A stretch of DNA of 64,000 nt, taken from positions 64,001 through 128,000 of the forward strand of contig CAWKBC010000001.1 in assembly GCA_963847705.1 (NCBI GenBank), in the 5' to 3' direction. Within the stretch, counting starts at the first letter, position 1; the number at the start of each line of letters is the position of its first letter. Below are positions 1 to 8,311 of this stretch, piece by piece. The DNA comes from an uncultured Pseudomonadota bacterium. Lineage in GTDB: Bacteria; Myxococcota_A; Polyangia; Fen-1088. Made by a program: the position numbers and the translations under genes. The notes beneath the pieces are model-generated. The model had not been told where the DNA came from. It worked only from the letters and a program-made list of their open reading frames with translations, and made no database searches.

Positions 1-62
1 ACCTTGGAGGCGAGCGTTCGGTCGAGCTTGCCCACGGGTCGTTCGATTCTACCTTCCTCGAA

Positions 63-242
63 ATGAGCCCGTTTCCAACACGAGAGCGCAAGCCAGCTCC
101 GCCGAGCACCCCGGCGGAGGTCGTCAAGACCCACGAGGCGGTCCGGACCGGCCCGGAGTTCCAGCCCGACTCGGGGGCGCTGGCGCCGGGCGAGCCGATC
201 GAGGAAGAGCAGCTCGAGCACGACCGGCGCGACGATCTCTGA
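63..242 (+). CDS. small hypothetical protein (59 aa), below the ORF-track cutoff
   Basis: ATG 63 to TGA 242, MSPFPTRERKPAPPSTPAEVVKTHEAVRTGPEFQPDSGALAPGEPIEEEQLEHDRRDDL; strong G/C third-position bias in most codons; ends 45 bp before corA. Confidence 0.45.
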   Translation: MSPFPTRERKPAPPSTPAEVVKTHEAVRTGPEFQPDSGALAPGEPIEEEQLEHDRRDDL

Positions 243-287
243 CGCCGGTCACCGGCGGGGCCCGGCGCGGTAGAGTGGCGCCAGCCC

Positions 288-1262
288 ATGCTCGCGACCC
301 ACCCGCCCGGTGACGGCGAAGCTGCCGTCGCAACAGCCCTCTGGATCGATCTGCTCCAGCCGACCGCCACCGAGATCGCCCGGGTCGGGGCGGCGACAGG
401 GCTGCGGGTCCCCACGGAGGGTGAGGTCAGCGAGATCGAGTCGAGCAGCCGGCTCGCCTTCGAGCGCGGCGCCTTCTATCTCTCGGCGCCGCTGGTGGCG
501 ATCGACGACGACGGCGAGCACCAGCTGACGCCGGTCGGGTTCGTGCTGTCGGCCCGGGTCCTGCTCACCATCCACTTCGTGCCGCTGGCCGCCTTCGACG
601 CCTACCGGGAGGAGTCGGCCGCGCAGCCACCCCAGAACGCCGAGGAGGCGCTGCTCCGCATCTTCGAGCTGATCGTCGATCGGGCGGCCGACAACCTGGA
701 GCGCGCGGGCGCTGCCTGCGACGAGCTGTCGCGCGCCGCCTTCCGCGGCGGCCGCCAGCGCGGCAAGGGCGCCGGCCCGCTGCCCCCCAAGGGCACCGCC
801 CAGGTCGCCACCAAGCTGAGCGCGGCGCTGCGCCGCATCGGCGCCACCGCCGAGCAGATCTCGCGCCTGCGGGACGAGCTGCTCGGCCTGGGGCGCATCG
901 GCGCCTACCTCGAGGAGAGCGGGATCGCGGGGGCGCCCAAGGTGAACGCCACGCGCCTCAAGGGGATCCGGGCCGACGTCGCCTCGCTGACCGACTACGA
1001 GTCCCACCTCTCGGGCAAGCTGCAGTTCCTGCTCGACGCCACCCTCGGCTTCATCAACATCGAGCAGAACGAGATCGTCAAGACGCTGACCATCGCCTCC
1101 GTCGTGGGGATCCCCCCGGTGCTGGTGGCCGGCATCTACGGGATGAATTTTCGCGTCATGCCGGAGCTCCACTGGGCGCTCGGCTACCCGATGGCGCTCG
1201 CCCTCATCGTCGTGACCGGCCTCCTGCCGCTCTGGTGGTTCAAGCGGCGCGGCTGGATGTAG
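288..1262 (+). CDS. corA: CorA-family Mg2+/Co2+ transporter
   Basis: LWIDL N-terminal motif, QNEIVKTLT, YGMNF signature and two C-terminal TM helices ending FKRRGWM. Confidence 0.93.
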   Translation: MLATHPPGDGEAAVATALWIDLLQPTATEIARVGAATGLRVPTEGEVSEIESSSRLAFERGAFYLSAPLVAIDDDGEHQLTPVGFVLSARVLLTIHFVPLAAFDAYREESAAQPPQNAEEALLRIFELIVDRAADNLERAGAACDELSRAAFRGGRQRGKGAGPLPPKGTAQVATKLSAALRRIGATAEQISRLRDELLGLGRIGAYLEESGIAGAPKVNATRLKGIRADVASLTDYESHLSGKLQFLLDATLGFINIEQNEIVKTLTIASVVGIPPVLVAGIYGMNFRVMPELHWALGYPMALALIVVTGLLPLWWFKRRGWM

Positions 1263-1281
1263 CGCGGTCGCGCCCGCGCGC

Positions 1282-2070
1282 CTAACGGTAGCGTGTGGCG
1301 ATGGTGGTCGAGCGCGAGACCTGGAGCGCCGCCAGGTTCGCCTCGTCGATGCGTTGCAAGGCGGTCGCGTCCTCCAGCGGCGGCACGCAGACGACCTCCC
1401 CGAGCCGCAGGCCGGCCAGCGAGGCGCGCGCCAGATCGTCTGGGCTCATGCGCGGCATCTGCGAGAGATCCATCCCCTGCACGTCGTGGAACTCGGTCTT
1501 GATGACGCCGGGGAGGCAGACCTGGATGCGCACGCCGGTGCCGGTGAGCTCGTTGGCGAGCACCTGCGTGAAGGTCACCATGAAGGCCTTGGCACCCGCA
1601 TAGACCGCGCGCTGGGGAAAGAAGGGTGCCGTCGCGCTGCCGGAGAACGCCAGCAGCGAGGCGACGTTGATGACGCCGCCCTGTTTGCGCTCGACCATCC
1701 CGGGCAGCGCGGCGCGGGTCACCTGAACGACCGCGCGGATGTGGATGGCGATGAGCGCGTCGGCCACCTTCGGATCGAGCTCGACGAAGCGGCGATACCC
1801 GCCGATTCCTGCGTTGTTCACCAGCAGAGCCAGCGGCGCGGCGGCGGCGCGCGCGCCGACCGCCTCGATGCCTGCCTCGCTGGTCAGATCGGCGACCAGC
1901 ACCTCGACCCTGGATTGGTGCGCCTCGCCGAGCCGCTGCGCCAGCGCCTCCAGTCGATCGCGCCGGCGGGCGACGACGATCAGGTCATGCCCGCTGGCGG
2001 CGAGCTGTTCGGCGAAAGACTGTCCGATGCCGGCGGAGGCACCGGTGATGAGGGCAAGGGGACACGACAT
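1282..2070 (-). CDS. short-chain dehydrogenase/reductase (DltE-like)
   Basis: TGASAGIG, NNAG and YAGAK catalytic motifs. Confidence 0.92.
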   Translation of the reverse strand: MSCPLALITGASAGIGQSFAEQLAASGHDLIVVARRRDRLEALAQRLGEAHQSRVEVLVADLTSEAGIEAVGARAAAAPLALLVNNAGIGGYRRFVELDPKVADALIAIHIRAVVQVTRAALPGMVERKQGGVINVASLLAFSGSATAPFFPQRAVYAGAKAFMVTFTQVLANELTGTGVRIQVCLPGVIKTEFHDVQGMDLSQMPRMSPDDLARASLAGLRLGEVVCVPPLEDATALQRIDEANLAALQVSRSTTIATRYR

Positions 2071-2124
2071 GCCCGTCAGGCTACGCCCCGCGCCGGGCCA
2101 GCACCAGCCTCGGCCCGGCGCGTT

Positions 2125-3167
2125 CTACCTCGGGCCCCGGGAGGCGTCGCGGGGGACAAACTCCTCCAGCATCTCCGCCCGCTCGCGCGTGAGCCAGGTC
2201 TTGACGCCCCGGGAATCGCTCCCGGGAAACTTCAAGCTGGCGAACTCGCTCCAGGCGTCGCGGTAAGCGGGCCAGGTTCGTTCAGTCTTGCGGATGTCCG
2301 GCGTCGTGACCGTCCCGAATTCGGGGCTCTTGGGTCCCCGCATGACCCGCTGGTAAACCGCATTCAGTCGCTGGTCGGTCCTGGTCAGCTCGGCCTCCGG
2401 CGCGGGCGGGACAGCGCCGCGCTCCAGCTTGTCCAGGAATGTGGCGAACGATTCCTCGAGCCGCTCGTCTTCTTCGAATCTCGAGCTCGGCGCGCGCCGT
2501 TCCGCTCAGATCCACTTCGTTCGACGACCGTGCCTCGAAGAAGGCGCGGGCAGCATGCCGCAGCTTTTCGAACGCCGCGCGCTCAGCCGCAGTCCAGCTC
2601 GCCAGCTTCGCGCGGTAGCGCGCGGTGCGTTTCGTCTCTTCGATCTTCTGAGCGTGCGCGGCGCAGGCCCCCATCATGTAGCCGCTGGTGATGTCGTCGC
2701 ACAGAATCGAACGCCATCTTCTTCCGCTCCGACGCCCTCAGCTTCTCCAGGTGGGCGATGCGCCCCTCCATCTCGGCCGGCGCCCCCTCGAGCGCGCAGG
2801 CAAAACGAATCGCCAGATCGGGGTTCCGTCGGGCACCGATTCCGGTCGCATAGATCGTCATCAGGATGGCCGAGCCGCCGAAGACCGGGGCGTCGCCGGT
2901 CGACCGTTCGAGGTAGGCGCACAGGCGTGCCCTCGACGGATCGGCCGGCTGGCCGATGCCGTAGTAGAGATCCTCCGACTGGCACCCCGCGAGCGCTCGC
3001 CTGGTGTCGGCGTCGGGCTGGTCGCCCGGGGGGAGGGCGGTCTCCTTCACCCGATCGCAGTCCGCCCGCCAGGCCTCGTCCGCCGAAGGCGCGCGCCCCA
3101 ATCCGCCACCGGCGAGGAACGCCAGCGCAACGAGTCGGAGCGGAGCGCTGGCGCCCAGCATCACCAC
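2125..3167 (-). CDS. secreted protein with C-terminal LprI/DUF1311-like domain; two frameshifts (~2706, ~2478)
   Basis: ORF pieces 2583-3167, 2282-2677 and 2125-2343 join after removing one base at each site; signal peptide, Sel1-like segment, C-terminal LNAVYQ...ERTW.AYRDA pattern. Confidence 0.65.
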
Positions 3168-3303
3168 AAGAATAGCGAAAACGGAGGCTCAGCGGCGCAG
3201 TGACTTTCCGCGTCGGTCCGCGGCGCCACGAATTTTGATGAGCCGCACGGTCCCGGGAGCGTCACTCCACCGACGGTCGTCCCCGAACCCGACAGGAGCC
3301 TCC

Positions 3304-4815
3304 ATGATTCGCGCCTCGAAACAGGGCTGGAAGAGTTTCGCGTTTTCTCTCTGCCTCGGGGCGCTCGTGGCCGGCTGTGGCGGCGGTGACGGAACCGGTG
3401 AGGGAACGGGCGGCTCGGGCGAAACGGGTGGCGTGGGTCAACCCGGCGGTACGACCGGCACGGGCGGCGCGAGAGCGACGGGCGGCACGAACGGCACCGG
3501 GGGCTTGACCGGAACGGGCGGCCTGAACGGGACCGGAAGCCTGACGGGCACCGGCGGAGCGACCGCCACCGGCGGCCTGCCGGGGACCGGCGGTACGACC
3601 GCCACCGGCGGCGTGACGGGGACTGGCGGCGCGACCGCAACGGGCGGTGTCACCGGCACCGGCGGCGCAGGCGGCCAGGCGGGCGCGAGCGGAGCTGGGG
3701 GGACGGCCGGCCACGCGGGCGCGAGCGGAATCAGCGGAGCCGCCGGGCACGCCGGGACGGGTGGCGCGGGCGCGAGCGGCACCGCCGGCTCGACCGGCAC
3801 CGGCGGCACCGGCGGCGCGACCGCCACCGGTCTTCCCGGCGACGTGACCGCTGCAGCGGGGACGCCGCTCGTGGCGGCGCACAGCATGACCCGCGCGCTC
3901 TTCGCGGCTTACACCGGCAACCTGTTCCAGGTCCGGCGCGCCTCCGACGCCACGACGCAGAACATCGGCGTGGCGAGCATGGGCGGCCAGGTCGACCTCA
4001 CCACGCTGAACACCTTTTGCACCGGGACGGCCTGCTCGGTCTCCAAGCTCTATGACCAGTCCGGGAACGGCAACGATCTGTCGCAGGCCACGGCCGCCAA
4101 TCAGCCCGCCGTTCAGTTCTGGACGACGGCCGACGGCACCACCAAGCTGCCGATGGCGGTGAGCACGAACCGGCAATGGCTGCGGAACCGGCTGCAGACC
4201 AAGAAGATCCCGACCGGCTCCAAGCCCCAGACCGAGTACATGGTCATCCACGCGGCCTTCGCCGGCGCGATCGCCGGCACCAACGGCTGCTGCTACGACT
4301 ACGGCAACATGGAAACGCAGATCACCGACGACGGCCCCGGCACGATGAGCGCCCTCTACTTTGGATCCGCCACCGACTGGACGCGGGGCGCCGGCAGCGG
4401 TCCCTGGGGCATGATGGATTTCGAAAACGGCCTCTTCGCCGGCGGCGCCGGGATCGCGAACCTCAATCAAGGCTCCGCCAGCGTCAACGCGCAGGATCCC
4501 AGCCTCAAGTACCCCGGCAACAACATCGCCGTCATCTTCGGGAAGACGGACGGGACGGCGAACTTCACCTTGAAGTACGGCAACGCGGCCACCGGCCCGC
4601 TCGGTACGGCCTGGAACGGTGGGTTGCCCACGATGCCCAACCCGACCAAGTACATCCCGCTGCAACAGCAAGGCGGCCTCTCTCTGGGCGAGGGGGGCGA
4701 CGGCTCGAACATGGGCACCGGCGCCTTCTCCGAGGGTGTGGTCATCGCGGCCGAGACCACCGACGCCACCGACAACGCCATCCAGACGAACCTCACCACC
4801 GTCTACGGCAAGTAG
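3304..4815 (+). CDS. alpha-L-arabinofuranosidase B (GH54) catalytic domain on a lipoprotein with Gly/Thr linker
   Basis: LVAGC lipobox; AAHSMTRALF, LYDQSGNGNDL, NGCCYDYGN, MDFENGL and GEGGDGSN motifs of GH54; no CBM42. Confidence 0.85.
   Translation: MIRASKQGWKSFAFSLCLGALVAGCGGGDGTGEGTGGSGETGGVGQPGGTTGTGGARATGGTNGTGGLTGTGGLNGTGSLTGTGGATATGGLPGTGGTTATGGVTGTGGATATGGVTGTGGAGGQAGASGAGGTAGHAGASGISGAAGHAGTGGAGASGTAGSTGTGGTGGATATGLPGDVTAAAGTPLVAAHSMTRALFAAYTGNLFQVRRASDATTQNIGVASMGGQVDLTTLNTFCTGTACSVSKLYDQSGNGNDLSQATAANQPAVQFWTTADGTTKLPMAVSTNRQWLRNRLQTKKIPTGSKPQTEYMVIHAAFAGAIAGTNGCCYDYGNMETQITDDGPGTMSALYFGSATDWTRGAGSGPWGMMDFENGLFAGGAGIANLNQGSASVNAQDPSLKYPGNNIAVIFGKTDGTANFTLKYGNAATGPLGTAWNGGLPTMPNPTKYIPLQQQGGLSLGEGGDGSNMGTGAFSEGVVIAAETTDATDNAIQTNLTTVYGK
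3400..3832 (+). repeat. coding low-complexity TGG(A/L/V)T repeats (linker)
   Basis: repeated TGGATATGGVTG units in the translation. Confidence 0.8.
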
Positions 4816-4942
4816 CCGTCTCGTCCGGGTCAAGCGACGGTTTCGCAGCGATAGAACTTGCGTAAACGTTGGTGATCCGCGCTGACGAGTCGCTCCGAGT
4901 GTGGCCAGGATAGGGGAGGCAAAAAACTCGGGAGGTGTGGAC

Positions 4943-5431
4943 ATGAGGACGCTGATACGGGAACCAATGTCTTCGAGCGACGCACGGGCCGCCATTCTTT
5001 CGAGCAACGAGGAGCTTCGCGGGCTGCTCCAGGAGACGATTCACGTCGCGCAGGAGACGACGCAAGGGGCGACGGAAGAGACGGCGGAACTGGAGGTCGA
5101 CTTCGAGCCCCTGCGCATGCATGCGAAGGATCTCTTCGCGGCCTTCACGGAACACATGGAGTTCGAGGAGCGCATCTTGCCGACGGCGTTGTGCGACGTC
5201 ATCGGTTGGGGCCCCGAATTGCGGGCGCGGATGGAGGCGGATCACGAGAGGTGCCGCGCCTCTCTCGCCGCCACCATGTTGGCGCTGGAGCCCGACAGTC
5301 TGTCGGCCGGTCGAATGATCGAGCGGATCCGCGAGCTGGCGGACGCCCTCCTCGTCGACCTCGACAGCGAAGAGCGGTACCTGCTCACCGCCGATCTCGA
5401 CGCGCTCACGAACGACAGCGGAGGGGGATAG
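4943..5431 (+). CDS. hemerythrin-like domain protein (degenerate)
   Basis: GGAGG RBS at 4931; HMEFEERIL and ADH motifs; all-helical pattern. Confidence 0.6.
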   Translation: MRTLIREPMSSSDARAAILSSNEELRGLLQETIHVAQETTQGATEETAELEVDFEPLRMHAKDLFAAFTEHMEFEERILPTALCDVIGWGPELRARMEADHERCRASLAATMLALEPDSLSAGRMIERIRELADALLVDLDSEERYLLTADLDALTNDSGGG

Positions 5432-5443
5432 AACGGCGCGCGG

Positions 5444-5674
5444 CTACGGGCTCTCGTCGCTGTGACGGGTCAGGGCGGGCCACAGGAAGTGGTGGCCTCC
5501 CGTGCAGACGTAGGGGGTTCGACCGTCGGGCCCTTCCACGCCGACCGGGATTCCCGGCTTGCGGCAGACCGTCTGGGCCGGGAGGTCCTGGTGGTCGCAC
5601 CAGGGTTCTTCCTCGGATTCCTCGTCTTGCGCCGTCGTCCGAATGGCCATCCGTATCGGGTCCCCGGTCGACAT
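5444..5674 (-). CDS. small Cys/His-containing hypothetical protein (76 aa)
   Basis: fills the gap between the hemerythrin-like and FAD genes; WCDH...VC...YVCTGGHHF. Confidence 0.4.
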   Translation of the reverse strand: MSTGDPIRMAIRTTAQDEESEEEPWCDHQDLPAQTVCRKPGIPVGVEGPDGRTPYVCTGGHHFLWPALTRHSDESP

Positions 5675-5747
5675 TGTACCCACGGGTCGTCGCCCGTGCA
5701 GAGAATCGCGTTGACTTCCGGCTGAGGCGGAGCAGGTTACCGATCGC

Positions 5748-6971
5748 GTGATCCACGATGTGCTCATCGTCGGGGGAGGCCCGGCCGGCAGCACCTGTGC
5801 CCGCTTCCTGGTTCGCGGGGGGGCGCGCGTGGCGATCGTCGATCGCGCCGAGTTCCCCCGGGTCAAGCTGTGCGGAGGGTGGATCTCGGCGCCGATCTGG
5901 GACGCCCTGGCGCTGGCGCCGCGCGAATACCCGGCCGGCCTCTGGGAGTGGAACAGCTGCCACGTCAGCTACCGCGGCGAGGAGCGGACCATCCCCTGCC
6001 ACGGCTGGTTCATCCGCCGCTTCGAGCTCGATGACTTCCTGCTGCGCCGGAGCGGCGCTGACCTGCACCTGGGCGTCGCCGTACACGAGATCGAGCGCGA
6101 CGGCGACGGTCTCTGGGCGGTCGCCGGCCTGCGCGCGCGGCATCTGGTCGGCGCGGGGGGGACCAACTGTCCGGTCGCGCGCCTGTTTCCGCCGCCGCGG
6201 CCGAGCGGGCCGGTCGGCGTCCAGGAGCACGAGTTCCAGGCCGATCGCGCGGAGATCGCGCGCACCCGCGCCGGGCGCGACGGCGAGCCGGAGCTGCTCC
6301 TGCACGACGACCTGCGCGGCTATTCGTGGAACGTCCCCAAGACCGACTGGCTGAACGTCGGCTCCGGAACGGTCGAGCCCCACGAGGTGCGCGCCGCCTG
6401 GCAGAAGGCGCGGGCGCACTTTACTGCCGCGGGGCACGTGCCGCCCGAGTCGGCCCCCGAGCTGGAGGCGATGAAGGGGCACACCTACTACCTCTTCGAT
6501 CCGACCCACCTCGAGGGCGCCGTTCGACCGGGCCCCACCAACCAAGAGGGCGCCGGGGCGGTGCTTCTCTGTGGCGACAGCCTGGGGCTCGCGCAGCCGC
6601 TCACCGCCGAGGGGATCCTGCCCGCGGTGCTCTCGGGCCGGCTCGCCGCCGAGGCGATCCTGGCCGGCGCACCGGAGAGCTACCCGGCACGCTTGGCCGC
6701 GCACCCGGTGCTCGAGGACTACCGCCGCGTCTTCCGGCTGCGGGAGGCGGCCGCGGCGCTCGCCGGGCGCTCGGGCGATCACAAGGGCCCGGGCAAGGCG
6801 AACGGGGACGGGGCCAGCAACGGCCACGGCAAACCGGGCTCGCGCCTCGCCGGACGCGCCGTGGCCAGCGGGTTCGCCTGGATGTTCTCCGGCGCGCGCT
6901 TCCCGGCCCCGCGTCTGATCGACGCGGGACTGGCTATTGCCGAGCGCTGGACCAACAATCGACGCGCATGA
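5748..6971 (+). CDS. FAD-dependent oxidoreductase, geranylgeranyl reductase family
   Basis: GGGPAG, FPRVKLCGG, RRFELDDFL, GYSWNVPK and GDSLGLAQPLTAEGI motifs. Confidence 0.88.
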   Translation: MIHDVLIVGGGPAGSTCARFLVRGGARVAIVDRAEFPRVKLCGGWISAPIWDALALAPREYPAGLWEWNSCHVSYRGEERTIPCHGWFIRRFELDDFLLRRSGADLHLGVAVHEIERDGDGLWAVAGLRARHLVGAGGTNCPVARLFPPPRPSGPVGVQEHEFQADRAEIARTRAGRDGEPELLLHDDLRGYSWNVPKTDWLNVGSGTVEPHEVRAAWQKARAHFTAAGHVPPESAPELEAMKGHTYYLFDPTHLEGAVRPGPTNQEGAGAVLLCGDSLGLAQPLTAEGILPAVLSGRLAAEAILAGAPESYPARLAAHPVLEDYRRVFRLREAAAALAGRSGDHKGPGKANGDGASNGHGKPGSRLAGRAVASGFAWMFSGARFPAPRLIDAGLAIAERWTNNRRA

Positions 6972-8119
6972 TCGACTTCGCCCGCAAGCTGGCCTCCACC
7001 CTCGACCGCAACGCCGCGGATGTCATTCGCGAAGCGCTCGCCGGCGCAGGAATCACCGTCGGTGGTGATGCGCCCTGGGACATCCAGGTCCACGACACCC
7101 GGACCTATGAGCGCATCATGCGCGACGGGACCGTCGGCGTGGGCGAGTCCTTCACCGAAGGCTGGTGGGACTGCGAGCGGCTCGACCAGATGATCGATCG
7201 CGCCGTGCGCGGCAACCTCTACGGCGTGCTCGGGAAGAGCTGGACCATGCGGGCGCAGGTGGTGCGCTCCCGCCTCTTGAACCTGCAGGCGACGCGCCCC
7301 TTCGAGGTCGGCGTCCGGCACTACGACGTGGGAAACGATCTCTACCGCGAGATGCTGGGGCCGCGGATGATGTACACCTGCGCCTACTTCAAGGGCACCG
7401 ACTCGCTCGACGTCGCGCAGGAGGCCAAGCTGGATCTGGTCTGCCGGAAGATCGGCCTTCAGCCGGGGATGCGCGTGCTCGATCTCGGCTGCGGCTGGGC
7501 CGGCTTCGCCTCCTTCGCCGCCGAGCGCTACGGCGCCAGCGTGGTCGGCTACACCGTCTCGCGCGAGCAGGCCGCCTGGGCCAAGGAGCACTACGCCGCG
7601 CTGCCGATCGAGATCCGGTTGGAGGACTACCGCCACGCGACCGGCAGCTACGACGCCGTGGTCTCGATCGGCCTGATGGAGCACGTGGGGCCCAAGAACC
7701 ACCGCGGCTACATGGAGCTGGCAGCCCGCCGCCTCCTCCCCGGCGGGCGGGCCTTCATCCACACCATCGGCGGCGCCACCCCGCGCACGCACATCGATCC
7801 CTGGTTCGACAAATACATCTTTCCCAACGCCGCCATCCCCACGCTCGGCCAGCTGGCGACCGCGATGGAGGAGATCCTGGTCCCCGAGGACGTCCAGAAC
7901 ATCGGCCCCCACTACGACCGGACGCTGATGGCCTGGTGGGACAACTTCGACGCCGCCTGGCCGCGCCTGCGCGCGAAGTACGGCGACGCGTTCTACCGGA
8001 TGTGGAAGTTTTACCTGATGATCAGCGCCGCCTACTTCCGCACGCGCCAGCACAACCTCTACCAGATCGTCGCCACGCCGGCCGGCGCGCCGCAGCCGCC
8101 GTACGTCCGCGCGATCTGA
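6968..8119 (+). CDS. cfa: cyclopropane-fatty-acyl-phospholipid synthase family methyltransferase
   Basis: HYDVGNDLY, YTCAYF, AQEAKLDLVCRK, LDLGCGW, EHVG, FYRMWKFYL; ATGA overlap with the upstream gene. Confidence 0.92.
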   Translation: MIDFARKLASTLDRNAADVIREALAGAGITVGGDAPWDIQVHDTRTYERIMRDGTVGVGESFTEGWWDCERLDQMIDRAVRGNLYGVLGKSWTMRAQVVRSRLLNLQATRPFEVGVRHYDVGNDLYREMLGPRMMYTCAYFKGTDSLDVAQEAKLDLVCRKIGLQPGMRVLDLGCGWAGFASFAAERYGASVVGYTVSREQAAWAKEHYAALPIEIRLEDYRHATGSYDAVVSIGLMEHVGPKNHRGYMELAARRLLPGGRAFIHTIGGATPRTHIDPWFDKYIFPNAAIPTLGQLATAMEEILVPEDVQNIGPHYDRTLMAWWDNFDAAWPRLRAKYGDAFYRMWKFYLMISAAYFRTRQHNLYQIVATPAGAPQPPYVRAI

Positions 8120-8237
8120 CGCTCGCGGTTGCGCGCGATCCGACGCTCGCGGTTGCGCGCGATCTGACGCTCGCGGTTGCGGGCGATCCGACGCTCGCGT
8201 TGCGGGCGATCCGACGCTCGCGTTGCGCGCGATCCGA
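8109..8237. repeat. tandem repeat, ~5.5 x 23-24 bp G(C/G)GCGATC(T/C)GACGCTCGC(G)GTTGC
   Basis: units start at 8109, 8133, 8157, 8181, 8204 and 8227 (partial); the first contains the cfa stop codon. Confidence 0.93.
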
Positions 8238-8311
8238 GGCTCAAAATTCTTTGCGGCAAAACCGCACTCACGGCGCGCTTCCGCAACGCCAGGTTGGGAT
8301 ACGGAGGATCC

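Noticed and set aside
36-60. GGTCGTTCGATTCTACC, similar to a tRNA T-arm
   Set aside because: The stem has a mismatch, and I could not build an anticodon arm or find a CCA end.
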